64,000 nt of DNA. Source: Eremomyces bilateralis CBS 781.70. Lineage: Eukaryota. The DNA lies in the NCBI GenBank assembly GCA_010015585.1, contig ML975150.1, one strand, 5' to 3'. Within the stretch, counting starts at the first letter, position 1; the number at the start of each line of letters is the position of its first letter. This document shows, piece after piece, positions 25,394 through 38,206 of this stretch. Under the pieces are notes generated by a model. The model was not told the DNA's origin. It did no database searches and worked only from the letters and a program-made list of their open reading frames with translations. Both the position numbers and the translations under genes were made by a program.

Positions 25394-26787
25394 TCATACA
25401 CCCCCATCCCCCTCCCCCCCAATCTGCCGCACCCACTTCATCATCCATCCATTCAACGGCCCCGCAAACCCATGTACCTGGCCCAAATGCTGCAACAACT
25501 TATCCTTCCTCACAAATGTCCGCTCCCCCTCCTCCCGCGCCGCACAGTTCAACGCCCGGTGCTCCGTCTCCAAATGCCTCCCCGTCGGTTCTCCCTCCCC
25601 ACAAAACACACAACACCTCCCCCCTCCTCCTTTTCCTCCTATCCCATCCTCCCCACTCATCTTCCCCATCCTCTCTCCCACCTCCACCACCGCTCCCCCC
25701 AACAAACACGTCCACGCCTCCCTCGGCGCATGAATCGACGACACATGCCTCTGCAAGTCGCTCTTCCGCCGAAACCCGGCCCCGCATACCACACAGCGAT
25801 GTGGCCTCCCCGGGTCCCCCGCGGGCATCTCCCGGCGCACCTGCCACGAGAGCAGCGCGTCGGCGCGCAACGCCGCGGGGATGTCGCCGCTGGAGATGGA
25901 GTGGCGGTGCTTGCGGCGGCCGCGGCGGGGGGGGAGGAGCGGAGAGGAGGAGGGGGGAAGGGGGGGGTGCCGCGGGAGGATCATGCTGGGAAGGGAGGGG
26001 GTAGAGGAGACTTCGGGGATGGAGGCGAGGGGGGGGTCAAGGGTGAAGGCCGGGGGGGAGGGGATGAAGGCGGGGGGGATGGGGGGTGCGGAGAGGGAGG
26101 AGATGATGGTGCTGGTGGAGAGGGAGGAGGGGAGGAGAGGGGGGAAGAGGGGGAGGTCGAGAGGGGGGTTAAACGGGAGGGGGAAGCCCGGGGGGAAGTT
26201 GCTGGTGAAGAGGGTGTCGGGGAAGGAGGACGGCCAGGTGGGGTCGGGGTACGTCGTCCGCGGTTGGTAGGGCTGTAGTATATCGTTGAATTGTGGCGCC
26301 GAAGACGTCCTGACGATCGGTTTCTGTTGGCCTTGGTCGGGCTGCTGGCCCGTCGGCGGTTCTCCTGCGCTCCTGTTAGTCTCTAGCGCATTTAGATCGC
26401 CCCATCGGCAATACCGAGCCATGATCTCCTGCTCCGCGCATTGTTGATATAGGTCTTCACCTGCTGCGCGCTCAACCCCGTCAAGTTCGCCAACGCATCC
26501 GCGTTTCCCGGCTTGAGATACGGGTCCTGCTTGTTGATCAGCAGCCACTGATCCAGCAACACGCGCGCGGCGGAGGGAAGTCGGCGTGAGGTCGTCCGGT
26601 TCGACGAGCTGGCGTGCGACTCCTGCCCAAGCGACTCCAGATCGTCGTCCAAGGCGTCGGTGGACGTGCTCTCGTTCAGGAACATCGAGGACCCGTCCGC
26701 ATCTTGCAGCTCGTCATCCTCACCCCACATATCAAACATACCGGGCCTCACGACGGTGCCCCCAAACTCCGAACTGATGAGATCCAT
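25394..26787 (-). CDS. homeobox (KN/TALE-like) plus C2H2 zinc-finger transcription factor
   Basis: Homeodomain RRLPSAARVLLDQWLLINKQDPYL...TGLSAQQVKTYINNARSRR is joined by intron 26414-26365 to a Pro-rich linker, then HRCVVCGAGFRRKSDLQRHVSSIH...W.C and F.RKDKLLQHL.QVH. Confidence 0.85.
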
Positions 26788-27842
26788 CGTTGGCTATCCG
26801 TCAGATTTGATACCGTTACATTACGTTCCGACGACGCGGTCATTATATAGCCGCAGCCCATCGTGGTTCGGCGGAAAACTTGGGTTGGCAATTTCTTTCT
26901 GCTGGAGATCATTTGCGGAAGGGGACGATGAAAAGGGCGTTGTTGAGGCATGGATGAGTTGTCACGAGGTTGCACAGTTGCGGTGGATGAAGCCCGCTAA
27001 GCCCCTTCAGGCAGACCGACGTTCCGAACACGACGATGCGACGGGATCATGGGATGGCAGGAATGTAACTTGACAAATTTGATGATGCGGCTCTCACACT
27101 TGCGGTCTGTATGTACGAATTGGAAAGAGTTGAGGTCTGAAATCGAGCCGCTGAGTGGGAATGCATGTGATACGGGGTCAGGAAATCAGAAAGTGTCATG
27201 GCACTGATAATAAATCGCTCAATCAATGGTGGTGGGCCGGCAAATGATATGTCACAATAAACGCTAACCTGTGACGCCGTGAGACCGAAATGTCTGGAAT
27301 GATATGATACGCAGGAGAGGCTTGATTGTTCTAGGGTACTGGAAGCTGTCAGGATAGCGGGTGGTCAATGTCGGGAGCTGCTTAGTCCAACATCGAGGAT
27401 TTCTCTCGCTATCCATGGTAACCTTGGCCGTATTCGAGATTGAACCAGCCTTTCCAAAAACCGAATGCCACTCATCGTGGTTATGCTAGGGGTTTGAGAT
27501 ACCTCGCCAGGTCTTCGGGGTTGACATCATGACATCGAGGCCATGTCGGGAGACGTTCTCGGTTCAAAGAAATTGTAAAGGGCCCGCCGACCATCCCATC
27601 GCTTGATTGCTTCCATGATCTTTCCTGGCGCGTGAACAAGAAAGCTAAGAAGTGCCAGAGTTAGCAGATGCGTGGAACGGCCAGTGGTTCGCCTCAGCAT
27701 GGATTGCTCAGGGTAATGATGTCGATCGGGGAAGGGGAATAGAAGGGTTGAGATGCGGAGTGGAGGGATAAGGCTGATAACGATAAAAGGAAATCGATCG
27801 AGTGATAGAGGTCTGAGGGTCACGGTGCTTTGTGTCCAAGCC

Positions 27843-30039
27843 TCACAATGAACCTGGAATCGGTGGCGGTCCCGCCATAGTACCCGCATACGCTTGACCT
27901 CCGCCTCCGTCATTCCAGGCGTTCCGAATCGGGTTCGATGGAGTATGAGGCAAAGCCCCCGGTGGCATCGTCTCGTCGTACCCGCCGCCTTCGTAGCCGT
28001 CATCTTCGAAGAACTCCTCCTCATAGTCCTGCTCCCCCCCTGGAACGGCTTGTGCCGAGCTTCCGCTTCCACTTGCTTGGTGTTCCATGCCATCACCGTG
28101 GGTGTGTTTGCCCTGATTCGCATCGACGCCAGCTGCATTGGCATTGGGGTTAGCGCCTTTCCCCTTCTTGCCCTTCTTGCCACGCCTGCCCCTCATACGC
28201 GCCTTCTCCAGGAGCCGGCGTTTCTCCTCCATGCGCTTTTGCTCCGCTCGGTCCTTGATTTCGTAGGATCGGATCAAGGCTTCGGGGCGGGTGCCGAAGA
28301 TGGCCTCGTACTCACAGAACTCACAAATCCACATGTCGCTGGGTGCGGGAGGATTGTGGATATTCTGACCCTCTTGCTTCCTGCGTCGCTCACGTTCGGC
28401 TTTGGCGTAATACATGGCTGCGGGGCGCTTGGGGCGAGGTGGTTTCGCTTGAGTCGTTTGGGGAGGGGCTTGATTCGGGTTCGGCGCCGTGTTTGGCGGC
28501 GCCGGAGGATCATATGCTGCTTTTCCAGAAGTCATAGGTGGCGCTCGTTGGCCGGGATGCATTGGACGTGCTGCCATTCTGCGTTGATCTTCTGCAGTGT
28601 AGGGTTCTTATCCAGAGTGTCAACTGTGAGATAAGGGAAGTTTAGGCAACGCAAGCAGCTTACCTGGCCAGACCACGTTGTTGGAAGTTTCCGATTCGCA
28701 AGTAAAAGTGAACTGACTGTTTTTGGGTCCCTGTTTCGTTGCCTCTTGTTGTAGTAGGCTAACGTTCCCGTTTGTTTTAGTCGTGTTGTTTTGCCCGTAC
28801 TCAGCTGCGTTGGCGATGGCTGCGGAAATAATCCCCTGCTCTGAAGGTGGACGACAAAGTTAGCAACATTTATCACATGAAAGGAATCACTGCCATGCCT
28901 TTCTCGTCAACACTCGCCCCGCCACTCCACTCTTTGCGAGTCACTGCATTTGGATTCGCACGGGCATTCGCTCCAGACGTTGATAGACCTAATGGTCTTC
29001 GTTCAGAAGGAACCCGACCGTTTCGCCCGTAACGTCCGCGTCCGGCGCCTGAGATCCCTGTCCCCGATGCAGAGGTGGCCGAAGTACCGGAGCCATAGTA
29101 CTGACCTGTCCCGGAAGATGGGTCGTCGAATTGACTAGCATCCGTACGACTACTCGGCACCGCGACTCCAGGAGCCTCCGCGAGCACGGCGTTGCTATGC
29201 GCGCCAGCAGCGCCAGACACTGGAATCTTCCGCTTCTTTTTATTGTTCGTGTTCTCGAAGGACTCGTATCCATCGGCCGAAGACGTTGTCGAACCAGGTG
29301 GTGGTGGTGGGTGTGCAGCGGATTGGCCTCGAGGACGTGCAGATCCATTCATCTCCTCCATAGACGCACGATCGATCCGGCCGGTCTTCGCATTATATCG
29401 CTTTCCATCCACCCAATATCCGTCATCGACGTCTTCCTCTTCAGCCGGCTTGTGAACATCTGCTGGATGAGCATGCTGATAAGGATGTTCTCCTTCACCT
29501 CGATGTGGACCTGCGGAGAAGGGTGGTGATTGACTGTAGGGGAAGCTGAAGAGCGGACCGGTTGCCGGAGGTGCAGGCGGATAGACAATGGACCCAGCCT
29601 GTTCTGGGGACAATCGGGAGCGAAGAGGACGCTTTGGTAGCGGTCGAATTGGGCGATCGGGGTAGGTAGCCGAGTGAGGGCTGGGAGACTGCCGTACAGG
29701 CACTGGCGTTCTGGCCCATTCGTATACTGCGATACATATCACAAAGGTTAACAGGAGACTCACACCGGCAGCGATGAGGGAGGCGAGGAGTCGGGTCTTG
29801 AGCGAAAGGCCGTCCTCAACTTGGGCATCTCCACCGTCCTCGGCCATGCTGTCGATCAAGCGGTCTAGGCCGCAACGCAGAAAAAGAAGGAGTTGGAGCG
29901 ATGGTGGTGAGTGAGTTTGCGAGGAAGCGGCGTAAATGCAGGAAAATCGCGAGAAGTAGGAGAGAAGTGGGAGAGCGAGAAGGTAAGAAGACGAACCAGA
30001 ATTGACAGCAGCCATCGTTTCACGTTGTGTAAGTGACAT
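27843..30039 (-). CDS. conserved fungal hypothetical protein (NLS-like KKKRK; C-terminal CxxC motif)
   Basis: Motifs RPIRPLPKRPLRSRLSPE, SSADGYESFENTNNKKKRKIP, QGIISAAIANA, QFTFTCES and WICEFCEYEAIFG..PEALIRSYEIKDR. Introns at about 29996-29727, 28898-28841 and 28664-28592. Confidence 0.8.
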
Positions 30040-30899
30040 CCAACTTCTTCAGGATTTCTTCCTCACGCCGTTGATCCTTTCCACTCAGCTGCTGTGAGGT
30101 GGTATTATTTCTCCTTCCAATATCCAACACGCAGACACGACGGCCAGGCAACGCCAGATCACCCGCCAGTCAACAATCGAGGTACCCTGGGCCGGTATCC
30201 CAAAGCCAAATCCTTCTAACCGATATCTGATATGGATTTATAATGAACTGGCCGTTTTGGGCAGCGAAAGGAGGTCGTCGTACCGAGATCCGGACACGGC
30301 GAATGCAGGAATGAGCACACTTCGCAGGCGCTGTATCCAAGGTCCACACGGTTCGGATATATACCAACACTGGGGGAACCAATGCTGGGAAGAGGGCGTT
30401 GAAGAAATAACGTTGGAGATGATGTATGCGATGGGCCACAGGTAACCAAGTACGTGGTGGTAGGAATGGATGGAGTTGCCATTGTGCTGAATAAGTCGAT
30501 TTGGTGAGTTTTGGTGTCTTGGCCCGAAGCCCCACTCCTACACGTGCCCTGTGCTCTGACAGTAATTTCTGGACAATTTCTTAACCTCCCCTAACTCAGG
30601 AGTGCTTCATAGTTCATCATGACGGCCGTATGTATTTCCCATCATGCTGGATATATTCGTTTGGTTATGGCAAAGTCTCTTTTGATGTTGTTGCATTGCT
30701 CTTCGAGTTATATCTTCCTTCGTATTGTGTTCATGGAATCTAGGTTGAATAGGAGGTCCGCGCGATTCAAGAGTCAAGACACGCCAGGTCTCCGTCCTAA
30801 TGCATTTCAAAATGACAGGTCCAATGACAGGGAGACACATTCTAAATGATACATAAACTAATGACCTCGCTTCTGTCCATAGGAACTGGTTTCTCCTTG

Positions 30900-32322
30900 C
30901 TAGACTCTTGATTTCAGTTTAGAGTTTATCCGTAACCTCGCAAATGCCGCAAAACCCGCTGCCCCGAATGCCAGTGTACCAGCATAGAACATCGCCGGAC
31001 GATAGGCTTTGATGCCCTCGTCTGTTCCACCGTATGCAGCTAACAAATATCCAGCGATAGGAGCACCCTAAATCCGATTAGAAGCCGGGAATCCCAATAT
31101 TTTGAAGAGCTTACCATCAAATATCCAGCCGTCCATCCGGTCACAACCATGCCCATCACGAGAGACACTCGAGCCGATCCGAATACGTTTCCGACAACCG
31201 TTGGCATGGTCGAAAAGAACCCTCCATTGCTGGCTCCATTGAGGACCACGAACACCGCCATCGGCGCCAACGTCGTACTGACGGGCCACAGCGCGAGCAT
31301 GCTCAACGCACTCCCCACGAGCGAGAGGATGAGCGTATTGAGAGGGCCGATCCGGTCGGTTGCAAGACCACAGCCGACTCTCCCAGCCGCAGAAGCCAGG
31401 TTGAATCCCGCGACCAGACCGGCTCCCGTCTTGGTGCTAAACCCAAGTGAGCGGCTATAGAGGGGCAGGAAAAACGGCGGGACGAAGAGAGGGAACGTCC
31501 CGATGGCACTAGCGATGAAGATCATCGAGAAGCGGAAATCCCGGAACATACGCCTGTAAATATCAGCATCAGTCCGTCCAGATGCCAGTCCACATACCAG
31601 TCCACGAATTCCGCAATCGGAGTCAACGCTCTATCCTTAATCAGCCACGCCGCCGGCAATCCCGTCGCCCAGATCAGACACCCCACCACCCGAAACGTCC
31701 ATGCCGTCCCAACCCTCTGAATTAACGCCTCGATCACAAACGACATCACCGCTCCCCCAACCCCACCCCCTGCAAACACCAGCCCGTTCGCCAACCCCCT
31801 CTTCCCCACGAAATACTGCGCCGGCGCCGTCGCCACCACCATAAAACCTAACGACGTCCCCAACCCAAACCCCACCCCCATCGTCGCAAACAGTCCTCCC
31901 ACCTCTCGCATCGCCCACCCGCTCAGCACCTGCGCGCCCCCCATCATCCCCACCGACACCAGCGCCGTCGTCCGCGTCCCCATCCGCTGCATCAGCCGGC
32001 TCGCGAACACCGACGTCGCCGCCATGCATGCGGGGCTGAGGGATCCGACGAACGAGAGTGTCGAGGGGGAGGAGAGACCGGAGGTGACCAGCGCGTCTTG
32101 GATGATCCCCCAGCAGTACGAGGTGCCGATCACCCAGAAGGTGAGGATCGCGCAGCCGAGGACGACGTACCACCCGGGTCCACCGTCGGGAGGAGCGGTA
32201 GCGGGGGGCCGGGAGGGGGGGTCGTCGAGGGGGTGGGAGGGGGAGGTGAGCCGGAGGTGATGCGAAGGGGGAACAGTCTCGAGCGAGATGGTGGTGGTGA
32301 CGGTTTGGGTTGTAGATGCCAT
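30900..32322 (-). CDS. MFS monocarboxylate-permease-like transporter (MCH family)
   Basis: Motifs PPDGGPGW, AQYFVGKRGLANGLVFAGGGVGG and GRVGCGLATDRIGPLN. Two introns near 31597 and 31113. Ends RINSKLKSRV*. Confidence 0.88.
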
Positions 32323-32772
32323 TGTAGACTGAGTATGGTGATTTATGACTAGAAATGTAGAATTAAGAATATGACACTCCTATTGCGGAGAACCGTTTCA
32401 AGACGTGGAAGTGAGATAAACTTTGACAGACTTGAAGATCGGGAAAGGTATTTGGATATGTCTCCGTCAGAGAAGCTGTCGCACTTGATAATCCAGATCG
32501 TTCAATCAAAGCCCACGGAATATTTATCCGGCGGAAGTATGTCTACCGAGCTGAAATCATGGCGGTGGCAATGGCTTACATGCAGTGCGTTCGATGCAGT
32601 CAGGAGCCAGCTTATCTTTGAAACCTGCGAATTTGCGGGATCATTGCCGGTAGGGAATGATACTACTGTATGTCCTTTGGTCGCCAAAGCCACCACCTTG
32701 GCGTCGAGCCGATCGTCGCCGTGGTAAGCGGGCGGGGTATGCACTATGCAGTCAAGTGGCTTCTTGAACCAA

Positions 32773-32976
32773 ATAATAGTTAGTTAGTTAGTTAGAATGT
32801 AAGTTAACTTAAGTTAAGTTAGTTAACTGGGACTTAGGTAACTAGTAACTAGTAGTTATGTGCATCGTCACTCAGCATAGAAACACTCAGGAAACCTTTA
32901 TCATACTCTCCATCCGGACATCAGACTAGATGGTCGATCTAATAACTAGTTAGTTACACAGGGAACTAACTATTAT
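32773..32976. repeat. TpA-rich degenerate element with 13-bp inverted termini (possible MITE or RIP-eroded remnant)
   Basis: ATAATAGTTAGTT (32773-32785) and AACTAACTATTAT (32964-32976) are exact reverse complements. The interior is rich in TAGT/TAAC units. Confidence 0.45.
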
Positions 32977-34234
32977 AACATTCATTGGGCCGGGGCCGCT
33001 TATGCTCCAATATCTCTCTATTCCAATGCCAACATTCTTGCCAAAACGCTTTAGTGGTGACGCTACAAAAGGGGCCGAGAAACAGAGTAGAACCTCTATC
33101 TCCTATCAAGACCGCTCTCCCTCATCGCTTCTCACAAGTCCAGCCATGCAACACCCCCAAGACGCCAGCATTAATTCCGAGATCGTGCTGCGGAAATTAA
33201 ACATCTGCGGATGTAATGTCGTACGGGAAGACCATCACGGAATGACCCGCATTGTGCGCCGGAGAAGCGGGAGCAAAGACATTGGGATAGAGACCATCCT
33301 CGCGCTCCGATTCGGTGGATGGTGGGGGTACCTATGATAGGGACATCTCCAAAGTGAACCTATGGATGCGCCAGCCTTCGACCCAAAGCGCTCTCGTCCG
33401 CTGGGCCTGGGACGAGGGAGAACAGAACCGGATCGAGCACAATAGCAAATATGTTCTTGTAAGATTTTGATAATACTCAAGGTGAAGACGGCGGGCGGAC
33501 TTGTGGGACAGAAAATAGCATATAACAAGTCCTTTGCGGACGGGGTGGGATTACAACCCATTGAAATAGGAACATATCAACCAGTGTGCCAGTTTAGCGG
33601 TCCTTGTCAGTCGATGCTTGATCGTTGCTTGGTCTCGCGGCATACTTGAGACGAGTAGAGGCAGACCGCCTTGTAGAGTAGAAGGAGGGATGACGGATCA
33701 AATCATCGACACTCGTGTTGCCTTGCCATTGAAATCCAGATACGTTTCGACATGCCAGCTCAGAGAGGCAGTATGCGACCTATTGGGATGTTCATGACCA
33801 ACACAGAGACGAGGGTTGTGGTGATCTCATAACCTGATCGTTGCGTGTTACCAACCGGACCCATATTGGCAAGATGGGAATGGTCATTTAAACTCTTGAT
33901 GAGATGATAGTGCTGTCATTTTGAAACTTTTGCTGCGGGGAGAAGGAGAGACCACGAAGTTGGTGTAGGATCTCCTGTTCATCAATATCCGAAGGCAAAA
34001 TAAGATGCCTGACTAAGCCTTAGTGCCTGAGTTCGTTGAATTTTGCCTGGCATTTGAACCTGAACGACGCAGATTTCCAATGACGGATTTCTAAGCGCAA
34101 TAATATCTCCATAATTATTTTCCCATGAACAAGCAGAGCTTATGACAGTTTAAGTTCTCCTAGGTTCTCCTACGCTCGTTCTAGAGTTACTTTGGAAGTC
34201 TCATTACTTTTATTTGCTTTGTTCAATTTCCCTC

Positions 34235-35783
34235 ATGGCATCCCATCATAATGAACGACCAGAAGAGGAGGAGTTTGAGGAAGAGATCCTAGAAGAAGAT
34301 GATGCAGCCGAGGAGATTGATAACCAGGACGATGATGTTCCGATGGATTCGGACTACGATGATGAAGAGGAGGTGATAATCTTGCAGAATGACAGCGTCG
34401 CCCATTTTGATAGGCACACTGACTCGGTCTTCTCAATTACGTCACATCCCCGTCTCCCCAATATCATCGCAACCGGTGGCGGCGACGACGTAGGATACGT
34501 GTTCGACAGTGCCGTACAATCACCAGTACTACCGGCCTCCTACTCCACGCCTCCCCAAGAACCGGAACGACAGAGTATCGAGGCACTGGCAAAACTCGAC
34601 GGCCACTCGGACTCCATCTGCGCCATCGCCTTCACGCAGCCGGCCGGACAATATCTTGTCACAGGCGGGCTCGACGGGCGGCTACGGGTATGGAAAGGAA
34701 GTAACGACGGCCGGCAATGGAAGCCCCACGCTGCCGCTCAAGAGGTGGAAGAAATCAACTGGATCGCGACCTCGAAACTCACGTCCCAACCGAACGCCTT
34801 CGCTGTTGGCGCCTCCGACGGCAGCGTCTGGGTCTACCAAGTCTGCGAAGGCGCCTCGAACGACGAGAAATTGGTTCCGATCCAAACCTACTTCCCCCCC
34901 GCCTCCGCTAGCAGCACGGCCGGCGCGTGGTCGCCCTCGGGCGTCCTTCTCGCAACGGTGTCGGACGATGGATCGTTCAACGTCTACGATCCGTTCGGCG
35001 AAGCCGCTGCCAAAGGACTCGTCCCGGCATCCGGCCAGCAATCGCTCGTTTCGCTCGGCCACGGGGACGAGCGCTTCCGAGTGGAGGGAGGGCTGTTCAG
35101 CGTCACGATCGGACCCACGGGATCGTTCGCGGCGATGGGTGGCGCGGACGGTGAGATCAAGGTGGTCGGGATGCCGAGGCCGGCCACTCCAGGGGCGAAG
35201 GGGAAAGCCGGCGCGGCCAATCCGGGTGGGCAACTCCTTGCGAGCTTGAACGTGCAGAAGGACAGCCTCGATGAAACGCCCGCGGCGAGTATCGAGAGCA
35301 TCGCGTTTGCGGCGCCGTCGGTGGGGTTGATGGCCGCTGCGTGCGTCGATGGGAGCATCTCGGTCTTCGACACGTCGCGGAACTTTGCGCTGCGACGGTA
35401 TATCCAAAACGCACATGATGGTGAGGCGGTCATTTCGGTGAAGTTTGTGGGTGGTGGTGGGAATGGGGATTGGTTGCTCACCAGCTGTGGCTATGACGGG
35501 GTTATCAAACGGTGGAACCTCAGGGGTGGTGCGGCGGTGGGAGCTGGCGCGCAGTCGACGTCAGTGGAGGATTTGAGGGAGAAGGGATTAGTTGGCGAAT
35601 GGAAGGGGCATAGAGGTGGTGGAGAGGGTGGAGGTGTGCTTGGGTTCGTCCAGCACGGGGATAGGAGCGGGAATTGGGTGGTTACCGCTGGCGATGAGTT
35701 TGTGTTCTCCTTCTATTGATCTTATGCATGCTAACTGTGACTTTAGTGGCGTATCGTTGATCTTCTTGACACCAGTCGGTTGA
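34235..35783 (+). CDS. SQT1: WD40 60S ribosome assembly chaperone
   Basis: Acidic N-terminus, then LQNDSVAHFDRHTDSVF, ATGGGDD, GHSDSI, VTGGLDGRLRVW and EWKGHRG...GGVLGF...VVTAGD. One intron near the 3' end, starting at about 35698. Confidence 0.9.
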
Positions 35784-36245
35784 AGGGTCAAATAAAGTTG
35801 AATTGGGCATCGATTGAGGGCTGTATCAAACGGGCGGGTTGTATATACATGAGATTAATCCCCAAGCGGCACACGCTGCGTTATGAACACTTCCACATGG
35901 AGGATATCCCTCCTTCAGCAGCGCTACAGTGAACCTCAACCCTACAACGTCCTCGACCATGACAATCATCCGTAGAGATATCTTTGACATATCCCTCGCA
36001 GGAAATATCATCCATTTATTTCCCTGTAACCATAAAGACATTCTATTTCCAAAGTTTGTGCACTCGCCTTGAATATTTTATGTCTACAATCGCCGCCTCT
36101 GATTGGACGGGAACTTGGACCACCTTGACATCAGAAATTCCAACTCTGCAATTCCTTCTCATATACACACCGCACTTCCGCATTAACCTCTACTCTTTCC
36201 ACTCTCCAACTTCCCATACCTTCCCTCCGACTCCCAAATCCCAAA

Positions 36246-37176
36246 ATGTCGAACCCCAAAATGTCCAACCCCAAAATGACCCCCCACATCGACCGCGTCC
36301 GCGCCGGCCGCATCACCAAACCCGGCGCCCGCCCCCCCACCACCCATAAGCCTCCCCCCGCCAGCAAACCCACCAAGAAGTTCCCCGTCAATGCGCTCAA
36401 GAAGCGGATCCGTGACCTGGAGCGACTGCTGAAGAACGTGGACGAGCTGGCGGCGGACGTGCGCGTGGAGCGGGAGCGGGAGCTGGCGGCCAGTCGGCAT
36501 GAGCTGGGACATAATCAGGAGCAGCAGCGGCGGGGGGATATGATTAAGCGGTATCATATGGTGCGGTTTTTTGGTGAGTACGCTCGACTGTTGATTATCA
36601 ACGAAGATAGAAGGAGGAAAAAGAGGAAGGCTAGGAGAATAAGGAAATAGAACAGGATATATTCCAGAACCTAGGTCGCTAACTACTTTTCTTTTCTTCC
36701 CAGAACGCCAAAAAGCCACCCGTGCGCACAAAAAAGCCCTCAAAGCCCTCAACGCCACCACCGACCCCGCCGAGCGCGCCCGCCTCGGGCCCCTCGCCAA
36801 AGCCGCCGAGATCGACCTCAACTACACCATGTACTACCCGCTGATGCTGCCGTACGTCTCACTGTACACGGACCACGGGGCTTCCTCCTCGAAGAACGGC
36901 GGTGCGGACGATGTGGAGAAGGACAAGGCGACAGAAGAGGGGGGGAATGAAGCGGTGCCGAAACGGCGGGGCGACGTGCATGTGCGCGGGATGATCGTGG
37001 AGGCGATGGAGAATGATTCGTTGGAGCGGTTACGCGATCGGGGGGATGTGGAGGAGATTCAGAAGCGGAGGGGGAAAGCGAAGGCTGCAGCGACGGCGTC
37101 GAAGGGAGCAAGTTCAAAGACCGGGAAAGATGGGAGGAGAGAGGGGATGGAGGGGGAGGAAGTTGATGAAGGGTGA
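36246..37176 (+). CDS. EFG1: rRNA-processing protein Efg1
   Basis: LKKRIRDLERLL...ADVRVERERELAA...MIKRYHMVRFF, then an intron, then ERQKATR...EIDLNYTMYYPL..PYVSLY. Confidence 0.88.
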
Positions 37177-38206
37177 GGGAGGGGGGAGGATGGTAGTTTC
37201 AGTAATGCGGCAAGTTGCGATGTCGGCAGGGTGGCAGGGTTGGGGATGTTGGGGAAGACGGTGGTAGATGATAGTGGGATTACGGCCAGGCCTACTCTAT
37301 TGGGAAAATGACTGCGCATATCTACTGTCATATATTTAGGCACGAGGATCGTGTCTAGAATGGCAAGGAATGGACATCTGATATGTGCCACCTTCTCAAG
37401 GGAAAGTCGGTGGCGGCAGGTTCTCTATACCAGCGTATTATATCAACGAAAAGCTGTCAAACAAAACCCATGAAGTCACATTGTTAAAAAGTCAGGAGTC
37501 AAACCTACGACAGGATACATCACTCATAACGCATCACAATCATTAAAAAATGCCAGTTCTAAGAGCGAAACAAAATAACCATTTCTATTCAACGGACTAT
37601 TTGAACAAAATCCCACCCCGTTCGGAATCACCCACTCTCGCGCGTCGCAGGGCAAACGAGAGAAGGTGGTGATCAACCAAAAGGGAAGGAAACGGAAGGA
37701 AAACAAAACCGAGAATTTTGGATGAAAGGGAAAAGGCGAATGGGGACGGTGAGATGCGAAGCATGTGATGAAGCGCGGTGATTTTGAGAAAAGGGATCCA
37801 TCATTTTAGTACAGGGCGAGAATTGGGGGAAAGGTAGAAAATAAGACTCCTGATGCGTGTGCCCGGGTTGTTGTGGTTGATAAAGTACAGTGTTTTGATT
37901 GCTTTCGAAATGAAAAAGACGTTCCGAGCAGGATTCACCGAGAGGCTTTACTTCCCCTCGTCCCCCAGATCCCGCTATTCAGGCACCCGATAGAGAGGGA
38001 TTCTATTCTCTATCAAACGCATGATCCCAGAAAACGTGGAAAAAACTTGGCATCTCTCGCCACACGGCACCAGATCGGCCCCCATCGCCTCGACTCGCAG
38101 CTATCCACCAAACCATCCTTCTCTCTCCACCGGGTTGCAATCGTGCAATCTCACACCATCACCCCTTGTGTGTGCGCTGGGCTTGTCATTGTGTGGGGCG
38201 AGTGAT

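Noticed and set aside
25358..26278. 306-aa Pro/Gly-rich plus-strand ORF
   Set aside because: Shadow of the low-complexity homeobox/C2H2 exon.
26392..26548. Apparent frameshift between the homeodomain and C2H2 ORFs
   Set aside because: Explained by an ordinary GT-AG intron at 26414-26365. The gene also shows no mating-type locus context.
33146..33470. Protein-like fragments downstream of the TpA-rich element (possible transposase relic)
   Set aside because: No DDE, HTH or RT motifs are visible.
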